Positions 30,985-39,467 of a stretch of DNA of 64,000 bases are shown here, piece after piece; positions within the stretch are counted from its first letter, which is position 1, and each line of letters begins with the position of its first letter. Below the pieces are notes generated by a model that searched no databases, had not been told where the DNA came from, and was given only the letters and a program-made list of their open reading frames with translations. The stretch is from Roseibacillus sp. (lineage in GTDB: Bacteria; Verrucomicrobiota; Verrucomicrobiia; Verrucomicrobiales; Akkermansiaceae). The DNA lies in NCBI GenBank assembly GCA_051251855.1, contig JBPOGI010000002.1:192001-256000 (forward strand), in the 5' to 3' direction. Made by a program: the position numbers and the translations under genes.

Positions 30985-31023
30985 AACATTTTGACGAACA
31001 ACCTTGCCCTTAGGCTGGTGGCC

Positions 31024-31161
31024 ATGACCACGTGGCAATCATTTTGGAAGGTGATGGCCGGGGTTCCGTTTGTTGTGGTTCTGCTTGCTATCGCAGAGAG
31101 CCTGAAAAGCGTGGAACTCGGAGTATTGTCAGGCGGTGGGAGCGGTTATGCTGATGAATAA
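31024..31161 (+). CDS. Possible small membrane peptide (45 aa)
   Basis: Hand translated MTTWQSFWKVMAGVPFVVVLLAIAESL...; one hydrophobic segment. Confidence 0.35.
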   Translation: MTTWQSFWKVMAGVPFVVVLLAIAESLKSVELGVLSGGGSGYADE

Positions 31162-31234
31162 TCCGGCTTTTCGTATACTTGTCTCCGAGCCAGTAAAACT
31201 TGGAAGACGTTGTTACGTAGGCGAGCCGCTAGAT

Positions 31235-31281
31235 AAAAAAGCAGGCCTGCCACCTTCGTGGAGAAGGTGGCGCGGCAAGCT
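31235..31281 (-). terminator. Terminator-like hairpin closing the minus-strand operon
   Basis: GCCACCTTC/GAAGGTGGC stem; an A6 run on + gives a U tract on -. Confidence 0.6.
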
Positions 31282-31291
31282 TGTAGCGGTG

Positions 31292-32380
31292 TTATCCTGC
31301 AGCTGGTGAAGGCTTATACTTGAGTTGTTGGGTTGTGCAGTCGGTTGAAGGGAGATCATCCCGGGTTCCGAGATAGCATGGTTGGTAAGTCGCGCCGCTC
31401 TCCCTGAAGGCATAGAGATAGCGGACCTCTATGACTGCTCCCACGACAGGCATTTCCTTGTTGGCTGGAATGGTGACGTTGCCAGCAGGCTTCACTTCGC
31501 CAGCCGAATCGTAGAGGCCGATGGCAACACTTCGCTTCGCATTATGGGCGGTTACGAGGAAAGAGGCTGTCTCGTAGAACTTATACTTCAACTGACTGCC
31601 TCCGCTGTTAGGTCGCCCGGATGAGTAGGGGGCGTTGATGTCCTTGAAGACAGCACCTTCACGTTCTTCGCTGAGGAGGTCGTGGTAAGCCTCATACTTG
31701 TCTCCCGGTTCGATGGCGGTGCTGACCCATTGTAGGGATGGCAGGCTGGTGCCCACGAGCTGAATCAAGCGAGAGTGCCGCTCGATGTATCGATGGTTTC
31801 GTAAGTCCTCGCCATTGGCCTCTAGGAGATCGAAGACGTGGAGTACGTCGCCAACCGCCTCTCCGTCCATGAGGAAGTCCCCGGGCAGCTGAGAGGCCGC
31901 CTCGTGGATCGTATCGGGCAATGCTACAACGAGACCTCGGCGATTGATGCCGATGATGTCCTCGCCAGTCTTGCGGATCATCATTCGTCGGCCGTCTAAC
32001 TTCTCCTGCAAGCAGTGGGTGGAGTTGAGGAGCAGGTCGTGGAGTTCCGTCTCGTTGATGGGATTGAGAAGCTGACAGCGGATACCTGTGTCTTGCTCTT
32101 GGAACGACGTGGTCTGATAGCCAGTGCCATCGTCTCCTGGTTGGTAGCCCTTTGCCTCCTTCGCCCGCACGAGTTTGGCGTAGAGTTTCTCTGCTTGTTC
32201 CCGGGAAACAGGCTGCTGCGTCTTGGTCCCAGTCTTCAAGGTGGAGCCTCGGCGACCGTAGGCGTAGTTGACGGTGAACTCGTCGTCAGTCTCGTCGATA
32301 GAGACTTGATAGACTTTGTCGGAGTTGCCTTCGCTGAAGTAGAGGGTGGTGGATTGAATGGATTGTGAGGTTGAGTTCAT
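31292..32380 (-). CDS. WGR domain-ATP-dependent DNA ligase fusion
   Basis: SDKVY...YGRRG...KGY (WGR); ligase motifs QEKLDG, DGEA, VFDLL, EGAVFK, LKYK; C-terminal OB fold. Confidence 0.88.
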   Translation of the reverse strand: MNSTSQSIQSTTLYFSEGNSDKVYQVSIDETDDEFTVNYAYGRRGSTLKTGTKTQQPVSREQAEKLYAKLVRAKEAKGYQPGDDGTGYQTTSFQEQDTGIRCQLLNPINETELHDLLLNSTHCLQEKLDGRRMMIRKTGEDIIGINRRGLVVALPDTIHEAASQLPGDFLMDGEAVGDVLHVFDLLEANGEDLRNHRYIERHSRLIQLVGTSLPSLQWVSTAIEPGDKYEAYHDLLSEEREGAVFKDINAPYSSGRPNSGGSQLKYKFYETASFLVTAHNAKRSVAIGLYDSAGEVKPAGNVTIPANKEMPVVGAVIEVRYLYAFRESGATYQPCYLGTRDDLPSTDCTTQQLKYKPSPAAG

Positions 32381-32404
32381 AAGTGAGTTGGTTCGGTGTT
32401 GAGG

Positions 32405-33559
32405 TTAGGCTGCAGCGGCGAGGGGAGTTTTCTCCTCCGCCTTTGTTTCTACTTCGGGTAAGACGGTCAGGCGCATGGGCATGACGACGCAGAAGGCTCC
32501 TTCCTTGTTCCGGGTTACAAGGGGGCTCATGGAGTCTGTGAAGCATAGGGTGTCTCCCATACTCAAGGCCGTTGCCAAGAACTTGGGTTCGAGTTGAATG
32601 GGTGGGACTTCACCCTCCGCCTCGATAGGCACTTCCACTGTCGCCAGCGGCATGCCCTTTTGAGCATGGATGACTTCGAGCACGCCGAGCTTGTGAGAAC
32701 GCAAGGTGATGGAGTTGTCAGGCCCTTTGAGTGACTCTAGCCAGCTGCGCAGTGACTTGCGTTCCTTTTCCGCGAGCATTGCAGAGGCGAGGGACTCCCG
32801 GGGGACGACTTGCTTCCACTTGGGAAAGCGACCCTCAATCGTTTTGCTGATGAGGATCGCGTTCTTTGTGTGGAAGCAGACGAGCTGTTTCTCTCCCTTG
32901 CCGCTGATAGTGACGGTCGAAGCCTGGCCGATGAAGTGACGATGGGCGAGCACCTTCACCGCTGCATTGGGCAGGACGAACTCAGCGCTCCGGGGCACCG
33001 TTGCGGGTATTCCGGCAAGCCGTTTGCCATCGGTGGCGATTAACAATCCTCCGTCCTCGGGTGAGAAGGAAACTCCGTTGAGCACTTCGCGGCTGACGTC
33101 GGTCGAAGCAGCGGCGGAGACATGAGCAAGTTGTTCGAACGTCTTAGCCGGGAGCAAAGTGGAGGGGCCCTCTATCATAGGACGAGAAGAGAACTCATCC
33201 GCTGATAGTGTTGGGTAGTTCGCATGGATCACGATGCCATCACAACGAGTGCTGAGATGGAGGTTGTGGAGCTCACCCAGCTTTCCGAGGGTGAACGAGA
33301 TGTCGCTATTCTTGTCTGCCTTCATCGCATTGCGAAAGGCGTCGTGAGGAATGAGCATGGTTGCCGCTTTTGACAAAGGCGCGGCGAGCCTAACCTGAAC
33401 TTCCAGACGAAGGTTCAGGTCGGTGACTGTGAGAGTCGCGGACTCACCGTTCGCCCGCAGCTCCACGTGACTGAGCACGGGGAGGCTACTTTTGGCAAAG
33501 GGGAGACGCTTGAGGATTTTGCCCGCCTCCAGGAAGGACTGGGCTGATATTTGAATCAT
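32405..33559 (-). CDS. DNA polymerase III beta sliding clamp homolog (element-borne)
   Basis: LPVLSHV, TDL, REVLNGV, ATDGKRLA, IEGRFPKWKQVVP, VVMPMRL. Confidence 0.85.
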   Translation of the reverse strand: MIQISAQSFLEAGKILKRLPFAKSSLPVLSHVELRANGESATLTVTDLNLRLEVQVRLAAPLSKAATMLIPHDAFRNAMKADKNSDISFTLGKLGELHNLHLSTRCDGIVIHANYPTLSADEFSSRPMIEGPSTLLPAKTFEQLAHVSAAASTDVSREVLNGVSFSPEDGGLLIATDGKRLAGIPATVPRSAEFVLPNAAVKVLAHRHFIGQASTVTISGKGEKQLVCFHTKNAILISKTIEGRFPKWKQVVPRESLASAMLAEKERKSLRSWLESLKGPDNSITLRSHKLGVLEVIHAQKGMPLATVEVPIEAEGEVPPIQLEPKFLATALSMGDTLCFTDSMSPLVTRNKEGAFCVVMPMRLTVLPEVETKAEEKTPLAAAA

Positions 33560-33619
33560 AGTTTAATGTGGTTGAGTTTAAGTTTCGTGGTTTGGGGGAG
33601 GCGATAGCCGAACCCCGGT

Positions 33620-33683
33620 AAGAAAGAAAAAGGGACCGCCACGAGACTCCTGCCGGGAAAGATAGAAGGCTACGTGACGGTCC
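33620..33683 (-). terminator. Terminator/attenuator-like hairpin upstream of the beta-clamp gene
   Basis: GGACCGTCACG/CGTGGCGGTCC stem on - followed by CTTTTTCTTTCTT. Confidence 0.55.
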
Positions 33684-33863
33684 GCATGAACTGGCCTGCG
33701 CTCGGAGTGTCGGGCGACCAGATCGAGGAAGCTTTTCATCGTAGAAGGAAGAGCTTACCTATGCAGCCTGACTGCCCTGAGAGGGGCATGACGAGGCGGC
33801 GTTGTTACAAGGAGAGAGCAGAGGAGTGACGGCGGCTGTGGCAGGCCCGCGAATCAATCATGC
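33684..33863 (+). other. Cloverleaf-like fold on + strand (antisense to the operon)
   Basis: Outer stems GCATGA/TCATGC and GGCCTGC/GCAGGCC enclose four hairpins; three of them have G-T wobble pairs. Confidence 0.55.
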
Positions 33864-33872
33864 TGTCTCTCC

Positions 33873-35390
33873 TTAGTTCGCACCGGGATCGATGCGACGA
33901 CTTGGACGGCGGTGAGAGGGAGTTGTGTTTCCGGCCTCTCGAGCCCGTCCTTTTGCCCAATGACGTAGGGATGCGATTTTGCCATCCATGAGTTGAGCCA
34001 GGGGAACTGTATTCAAAAGGGCTTCTAGAATATCTTTGGCAACTGGTTCGCGATCTTCCGCGAATGCCATGTGAAGGGCATCGACGAATACCGCTTCAAT
34101 TTCCGCTCCCGTGAATTGCTCACACGCCCGGGACAAGACAACGGGATCGAAGTCGGTGGGCTTGCGTCCGAACTTTGCGATAACGATGTCCCAAATAGCC
34201 ATCCGCTCTTGCGAGTCCGGAAGGTCCACAAAGAACATCTCGTCGAAACGTCCCTTGCGCAGGAACTCCGGCGGCAGTTGCGAGACGTCATTGGCTGTCG
34301 CCACCACGAAGACCGGCTTCTCTTTTTCCTGCATCCAGCTCAAGAACGAGCCGAATACCCGGGAGGAGGTGCCGCCATCGGTTGACCCACTGGACTTGCT
34401 GCCAGAGAACCCTTTCTCGATTTCATCAATCCAGAGGACGCAGGGTGCAATGGCTTCTGCAGTCGCAATGACGGAGCGTAGGTTGGCTTCGCTTTGTCCG
34501 ACTACGCCACCAAAGACGCTGCCCATGTCGAGACGCAGCAGAGGCAGGCCAAAGGCGCTTGCTGTAGCCTTTGCGGTGAGACTCTTTCCTGTCCCCGGGA
34601 GTCCCACAATGAGCAGGCCCTTGGGAGCGGGGAGTCCGTATTCTTTGGCTCGGCTCTGGAACGCGCCAGTGCGACCTTGTAGCCATTCCTTGAGGTTGAG
34701 TAGCCCACCGATGTCGTCCAGTCCAGTGGTGGCGGGGATGACCTCTAGCAGGCCGCTGCGCTTCAGGGTGTTGGCCTTCTCGCGGGCAATGATGGTCGGG
34801 TCAATGCCCTTGCTCTCGATGATGGATAGCGCGAAGGCGTTCTCGGCCTCAGTAGTGGTGAGACCCAGCGCACTTTGCAATGCTGATTCCCGAAGGGCCC
34901 GCGAGACTCGCTTGAGTTCTGCCGACTTGATGATGCCGTCTAGCACGACCTCTAGTTCAGCCGGGGTAGGCAGTTGGTAATCGACGAGCGTAAACTCGTG
35001 TTCTAGCTCGGGAGGGAGCTTCAGGCGGCAGCCAAGGAGCAGGATGGTATGTCCGTTTCCTTTGGCGAGCCTGAGGGTGTCCTTAAGGCGGCGTAGAAGC
35101 AGCGGGTCATTCTGGTCGAGATAGAGCTGCAAGTCTCGCAGCAAGACAACCAGACGCGGGGAGTCCGTGCTGAAGGGCGTGTCGAGAAGCTCCAGCGCAT
35201 CCAATGGATCCGGGCAGGGAGTGACTCGGCCTTCTTGAGTGTCGACGAGGCCTTCGGTGGAAGACCAAGCGAGGAGTTTGCGCTCAAGTTCTTTGCAGAC
35301 AGCCGCGACTTCGGCTTCGACGCGTGCTTCCTCGGAGCTGACGATAGCCAGTCCCGGGTAGCCCGCTTGGAGATAGGTGGTAAGATTCAT
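33873..35390 (-). CDS. Ycf46-like AAA+ ATPase
   Basis: DIGGL.NLKEWL, PKGLLIVGLPGTGKS, LWIDEIEKG, LPPEFLRKGRFDE.FFVDLP; degenerate N-terminal AAA module. Confidence 0.92.
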   Translation of the reverse strand: MNLTTYLQAGYPGLAIVSSEEARVEAEVAAVCKELERKLLAWSSTEGLVDTQEGRVTPCPDPLDALELLDTPFSTDSPRLVVLLRDLQLYLDQNDPLLLRRLKDTLRLAKGNGHTILLLGCRLKLPPELEHEFTLVDYQLPTPAELEVVLDGIIKSAELKRVSRALRESALQSALGLTTTEAENAFALSIIESKGIDPTIIAREKANTLKRSGLLEVIPATTGLDDIGGLLNLKEWLQGRTGAFQSRAKEYGLPAPKGLLIVGLPGTGKSLTAKATASAFGLPLLRLDMGSVFGGVVGQSEANLRSVIATAEAIAPCVLWIDEIEKGFSGSKSSGSTDGGTSSRVFGSFLSWMQEKEKPVFVVATANDVSQLPPEFLRKGRFDEMFFVDLPDSQERMAIWDIVIAKFGRKPTDFDPVVLSRACEQFTGAEIEAVFVDALHMAFAEDREPVAKDILEALLNTVPLAQLMDGKIASLRHWAKGRAREAGNTTPSHRRPSRRIDPGAN

Positions 35391-35395
35391 ATTTT

Positions 35396-35662
35396 TTAGG
35401 TATTGTTGGTTTGTTGGTCAAAGGTGGGGTGGCCGGGTTGGAGGTTCTCGTGTTCCCAACGCACACACTCGTCGCGCGATTCATGGGAAAAGAGTCTTTG
35501 TCCGGTGCGAGCGTCGAGTGTGTCCCACCGCTGTGTCGCACGGTTGAAGGTGATCTCGCTGGCTCGGACGACTGAAAGTCGTCCGAGCGAAGCGAGGTCT
35601 ATCTTCTCCGTGTAGAGGCAGCGGATGGGACCGTTCGGGCTAAAGCGGAGAGTGTGCTTCAT
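35396..35662 (-). CDS. Small conserved hypothetical protein
   Basis: 88 aa, CLYTEKIDLASLGRLSVVRAS; tightly packed in the operon. Confidence 0.7.
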   Translation of the reverse strand: MKHTLRFSPNGPIRCLYTEKIDLASLGRLSVVRASEITFNRATQRWDTLDARTGQRLFSHESRDECVRWEHENLQPGHPTFDQQTNNT

Positions 35663-35665
35663 GCC

Positions 35666-35869
35666 CTAGCCTTCGCCTCCGAGTTGTTGACGGTTCTGGA
35701 GTCCTTGCACGCGTTTCCAAAAGGAAGGCTTGCGGGTCCGTGTTTTGACTTTGCCGAGAGCTTCCTCAATGGCCTTAGTTGCGGCTTCGCAACCGCGTCC
35801 ATTGAAGCCCTCTGCCTCGACTGTGATCTCACCCGCAGGCGAGACCCTTACCTGGATAGAACGACTCAT
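35666..35869 (-). CDS. DUF2997 family protein
   Basis: GEITVEAEGFNGRGCEAATKAIEEALG. Confidence 0.88.
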   Translation of the reverse strand: MSRSIQVRVSPAGEITVEAEGFNGRGCEAATKAIEEALGKVKTRTRKPSFWKRVQGLQNRQQLGGEG

Positions 35870-36255
35870 AGTGACGCGCCCTCCAAGGTGAGCAAGATCG
35901 AGCCATCGGCTTCGACCTTGCGGGTTGTGCGGAGTCCTCGGCTACGGGCTTCGCGTTGTGTTTTGGCAACGCCATAGTTTTGTAGAAGCCGGCCGTAACC
36001 GGGGCCAACCTCTCTGGCGACATGCCCGTCCCACCAGTCAGTGGTGAGGCCGTAGCTGCCGTCCTTCGACTCCGAAGGCTCGACCGCAATATCATAGGGA
36101 CCTTTCAGCTTAATGACGTGGGGAGCCTTGCGGACAAGGCCGTTGTATCCTCGGCAGTCAGCGCGGGACAGAAGTTCGAGATCCATCTCAGCGCAGGCAT
36201 CTTGCAGGGCGTCGAGATCGCGAACTTGGGTTTGTATGGTCGTGAAGTGACTCAT
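35866..36255 (-). CDS. DUF1257 (Ycf35-like) family protein
   Basis: MSHFTTIQTQVRD...YDI...DWW...Q.Y...DGSILL; ATGA overlap with the DUF2997 gene. Confidence 0.88.
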   Translation of the reverse strand: MSHFTTIQTQVRDLDALQDACAEMDLELLSRADCRGYNGLVRKAPHVIKLKGPYDIAVEPSESKDGSYGLTTDWWDGHVAREVGPGYGRLLQNYGVAKTQREARSRGLRTTRKVEADGSILLTLEGASL

Positions 36256-36281
36256 TGTATTTTGATGTTGGTTTGTGGTTA

Positions 36282-36326
36282 GAAAGCACGAAGGGCGGCC
36301 CCTGATTCGGAGCCGCCCTTTCGTGC
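36282..36326 (-). terminator. Terminator-like hairpin upstream of the DUF1257 gene
   Basis: GCACGAA(A)GGGCGGC/GCCGCCCTTCGTGC stem, then TTTCT on -. Confidence 0.55.
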
Positions 36327-36530
36327 GAGTTGGTTTGATATGATGAGGTAGGTAAGTTCAGTCGTAGGGATAGGAGATTTGGTGTGAGGAGGGGTAGAAG
36401 TAGGTTGAAATGATGGGGTTCGGACTGAGCCTAGTTGTGTTGTGGGTAAGGGCTGAATCGGAAGATGGTTGGCCGGTTAGGTGTTGGGGTAATCTCTTCG
36501 AGTTTGTAGGTGGGCCGTTGTGTTTTCTCT

Positions 36531-37541
36531 TTAAGCAACCGACGCCAAGCGCCGAGTGCCCATTTGTCCGAAACGCGACAGGACATCGCGCGGATCACTC
36601 TCTGCGAGATGGACCGCATTCTGGCGGAGCAACTCCAAGCCATTAGTCAGGCTCGTCATGGCTCCGCTATCATTACGATACTCCTCAGCACTTCGGCTGA
36701 GCAAGTCGCGGCGAAAGCGTTCCAGTTGTGACTCCAGTTGTTCGTCTTCCGCAAAGTTGAGGCTGCGGAACTTGTCGATGAAGCTGATGAGGCGATTGAG
36801 AGTTCGCTGATGAACCCCATTCTCCGAGCTATCGATGGTTACGAGAACATCCGTTGTGAGCTTTGCCGTTTCCTCACGCAAGGAAGCGACACTCTCCTGA
36901 ATGAAGCTGTTGAGATCCGACTGAAGACGCCGTGAAGCGTCCTCAGCAATGCGGCGGCGATCTTCCGAGACCTCCATCTGCTCCATCCCTTCCGCAACCT
37001 CCAACCGAATATGGTCGGGAGCTGCGATCTGAAAGAGCCTGGTCTCAAATGCGAAACGTTTTGCGATTTCTCCAGCGGGCGGAAAGGACTGTTCGATGGT
37101 CGCGATGAGCCGCTCTGCACTTCCGTTGAGGTGTTGCGCCGCTTCCCGCCACTCGTTCATGGCTGTCTCCCGCAAAGGAGCATAGCCCGCCACAAAGTCG
37201 AGAGTAGCCTCCCGGAACACATCGCGCAGACTATCCAGCCGGTCGGTGAGTTCGCCGAGGCGAGGATTGGGGACGAAGCGGCCGATGCCACCCAAGAACG
37301 GAAAGCTCGCGCCTTCCACGAGGGCATGGGTTCGCGACTCAATGAGAGCAAAGGCCGAGAGGGCCTCACGCGGAATGAGCCGCTTGTGTCCCAGCTGAAT
37401 GAGCCGGTCCGAAACATGGTTAGGGTCGAGCCCTAGGTCTTCAGCATTGAGCCGCTTACAGCCGCGCCAGTAACGCACGGAAGTGGAGGCTAGGACACCG
37501 CGCCGACAGACGGCTTCGAGGAGGTTTTGATTTTGATTCAT
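36531..37541 (-). CDS. DUF3150-like protein
   Basis: W.G.K.L..EDLG...LG.KRL...FLGG..RFVP...F.F pattern, helical C-terminus. Confidence 0.7.
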   Translation of the reverse strand: MNQNQNLLEAVCRRGVLASTSVRYWRGCKRLNAEDLGLDPNHVSDRLIQLGHKRLIPREALSAFALIESRTHALVEGASFPFLGGIGRFVPNPRLGELTDRLDSLRDVFREATLDFVAGYAPLRETAMNEWREAAQHLNGSAERLIATIEQSFPPAGEIAKRFAFETRLFQIAAPDHIRLEVAEGMEQMEVSEDRRRIAEDASRRLQSDLNSFIQESVASLREETAKLTTDVLVTIDSSENGVHQRTLNRLISFIDKFRSLNFAEDEQLESQLERFRRDLLSRSAEEYRNDSGAMTSLTNGLELLRQNAVHLAESDPRDVLSRFGQMGTRRLASVA

Positions 37542-37585
37542 AGTTTTGATGTTTGATGAGTTGAGGTTGGTTAGATTTGAAAATG

Positions 37586-37620
37586 AAAAAGCGCCCGCTG
37601 GTATCGAACCAACGGGCGCT
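37586..37620 (-). terminator. Terminator-like hairpin upstream of the DUF3150 gene
   Basis: GCGCCCGTTGGT/ACCAGCGGGCGC stem followed by TTTTT on -. Confidence 0.65.
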
Positions 37621-37646
37621 TGAGGTAGGGGACGGGTAGGGGAGCA

Positions 37647-38420
37647 CTAACTTGGTAGCCAGGCCGCGCACTCGTTCCGATACTGGCACCAGCTACAGTG
37701 CATCCCGGGTTGGGGATGGAAGCGCTCGGAAGCGATGCCGGTCACTGCGATTTCTAGAAGTGCCGTCACCCGGCGCTTTCGATGTTCGTCTGCGGGCGGG
37801 GACGAGATCCGAATCACTTGCGGGGTCTTCGTCTTCACTAGGAAGATGAGATCCAGCTTGGAGGGAGTCTCGCCAATCGCTTCTAGGAGGAGCTGGTAAC
37901 TCACCAGCTGAATCTCATGGTCCAGCATCGCCGAGTCTGCATTGGGCTTGGCTGCTGCTGACTTGAAGTCGATGGGGGTGAAGTCTTGCTCCACCAGATC
38001 CATCGCTCCAGTCAACGGCACCGAGAGCCCGGGAATCTCCTCTTTTAAGAAGACCTCCACCGCTCGGGGTTTTTCTTTCAGAGCTTCGGGTGAAGCGAGA
38101 TAGGCGGCGACAACTCGTAAGCCATCAGCCATTGCCTTCTCCCGCTTGCTCGGCTCGCCATAGTTCACCGGGCCTTCGTCACGTTCCAACTGCAGGAACG
38201 CCTTCTCGAAGGCCTCGGCCACAAACTCCGGGGAGTCATCCTCACCACGCCAGCGAGCCAAATGAAAGGATTGCAGCGCCGCATGGATGGCCTTGCCCAA
38301 GTGAAGCGCGACCGAGGTCGACTTCTTGATGCCAGCTACCCGCTCAAAGTAGAACCTGAGCGAGCAGCTGAGATACGATTTCGCCGCCGAGGGACTGATG
38401 TGTTCGGGGAAGGCCAGCAT
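37647..38420 (-). CDS. PD-(D/E)XK nuclease (RecB/Cas4-like, Fe-S cysteines)
   Basis: ISPS...C.LRFY, G.AIHAAL, GAMDLV, IDFKS, QLVSY, CSWCQY...C. Confidence 0.9.
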   Translation of the reverse strand: MLAFPEHISPSAAKSYLSCSLRFYFERVAGIKKSTSVALHLGKAIHAALQSFHLARWRGEDDSPEFVAEAFEKAFLQLERDEGPVNYGEPSKREKAMADGLRVVAAYLASPEALKEKPRAVEVFLKEEIPGLSVPLTGAMDLVEQDFTPIDFKSAAAKPNADSAMLDHEIQLVSYQLLLEAIGETPSKLDLIFLVKTKTPQVIRISSPPADEHRKRRVTALLEIAVTGIASERFHPQPGMHCSWCQYRNECAAWLPS

Positions 38421-38962
38421 TACGCAGCCCTCCTACGGTTGCCCCCGGAGTAGGCTGAGCGGTTGCGACTATTGCCGCTGCCTTTCTGCTTTCCGCCGTG
38501 GCGGTCTAGTAGCTCGTCGATGAGCCCAGAGGCTTCCATCTTGTTGAGCTGCCGGACACCCTTGCCAAAGCGCTCTCGCGCCAGAGCTTCGGTATCCTTT
38601 TTATCGAGGTTGTTTTCTTCCACGATCTTGAGAATCAGATCACGTTGTTTGTCGGAGCATTGCCAGGCTGCTCCGTTGGGCCATTGGGTGATGTTAGTGG
38701 GAGCCAAATCGGAATTGTTTTCCGATTTGGACCCGGGAGAGGATTCTGCCTCGTCCATCCCGTAGGTGGAATGAGGAACAAAGCCGGTCTCCAAAATCTG
38801 AGCGTCAACGTTTGACTGCAGCAGATGATAGAGGCGCTCGGATTCTGCTTCGAGGTCATCCGTCGCCACCAACTCCGTCTCGACTGAAACGGAGAATTGG
38901 TGAGACGAATACCCGGGAAGACCGAGACGTTTCGAGTAATTTGCGATGAGTTTGATAGCCAT
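38420..38962 (-). CDS. Conserved hypothetical protein translationally coupled to the nuclease
   Basis: TAATG overlap; C-terminal SDKQ...L.KMEASGLIDEL helical motif. Confidence 0.75.
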   Translation of the reverse strand: MAIKLIANYSKRLGLPGYSSHQFSVSVETELVATDDLEAESERLYHLLQSNVDAQILETGFVPHSTYGMDEAESSPGSKSENNSDLAPTNITQWPNGAAWQCSDKQRDLILKIVEENNLDKKDTEALARERFGKGVRQLNKMEASGLIDELLDRHGGKQKGSGNSRNRSAYSGGNRRRAA

Positions 38963-38999
38963 AATGTGAATTGAATTTGAGGTTAGTATTGAGAGGTCT

Positions 39000-39143
39000 T
39001 CAGCGCACCCGAGCCAAGCGGAACAGCAATGTCACCACCACCGCTCCAAGAAGCATAGGCAGCCAAAAATCCGAGAAGATCGAGAAAGCCAACGCTATCA
39101 GCGACAGCCACGCGAAGCCCTTGAGATAGGGGATAGGGTTCAT
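39000..39143 (-). CDS. Small two-TM membrane protein (47 aa)
   Basis: Not in track; MNPIPYLKGFAWLSLIALAFSIFSDFWLPMLLGAVVVTLLFRLARVR fills the operon gap. Confidence 0.6.
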   Translation of the reverse strand: MNPIPYLKGFAWLSLIALAFSIFSDFWLPMLLGAVVVTLLFRLARVR

Positions 39144-39161
39144 GGGACACAGGATTGAGCT

Positions 39162-39413
39162 CTAGTCCAGCATACGCCCCAAGACACCGACAACTGCCGC
39201 GCCCAGCATGGCAAAGCCAATCACCTTCAACCCAGCCCCAACGGGCTTGGTATCGGTAATCTGCGGCGGAGGTGTCGGCTTAGGTGGTTCCTCTTTGCTA
39301 CACGATGCACAGGCCAACACTGCTCCCAAAAACGGAAGAAGAATCAGCTTGCGAGACCAGCGGGAAGAAACGAGTGACGACAATGAAGTCCCAGAATTTG
39401 AATAAAATGTCAT
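39162..39413 (-). CDS. Small membrane/lipoprotein-like protein
   Basis: ATG at 39413 after an A/C-rich leader; LACASC then a Pro-rich linker and C-terminal TM. Confidence 0.6.
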   Translation of the reverse strand: MTFYSNSGTSLSSLVSSRWSRKLILLPFLGAVLACASCSKEEPPKPTPPPQITDTKPVGAGLKVIGFAMLGAAVVGVLGRMLD

Positions 39414-39431
39414 AGAAGTTAGATGAGGTTG

Positions 39432-39467
39432 AAAACGCAAAGAACCCGGCGAAATGCCGGGCTCTTT
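39432..39467 (-). terminator. Terminator-like hairpin at the head of the operon
   Basis: AAAGAGCCCGGC/GCCGGGTTCTTT stem followed by GCGTTTT on -. Confidence 0.5.

Noticed and set aside
32405..33559. Chromosomal dnaN / origin region
   Set aside because: No dnaA, recF or gyrB context; divergent copy inside the island
37647..38420. cas4 of a CRISPR system
   Set aside because: No array or other cas genes; solo PD-(D/E)XK nucleases are common on mobile elements
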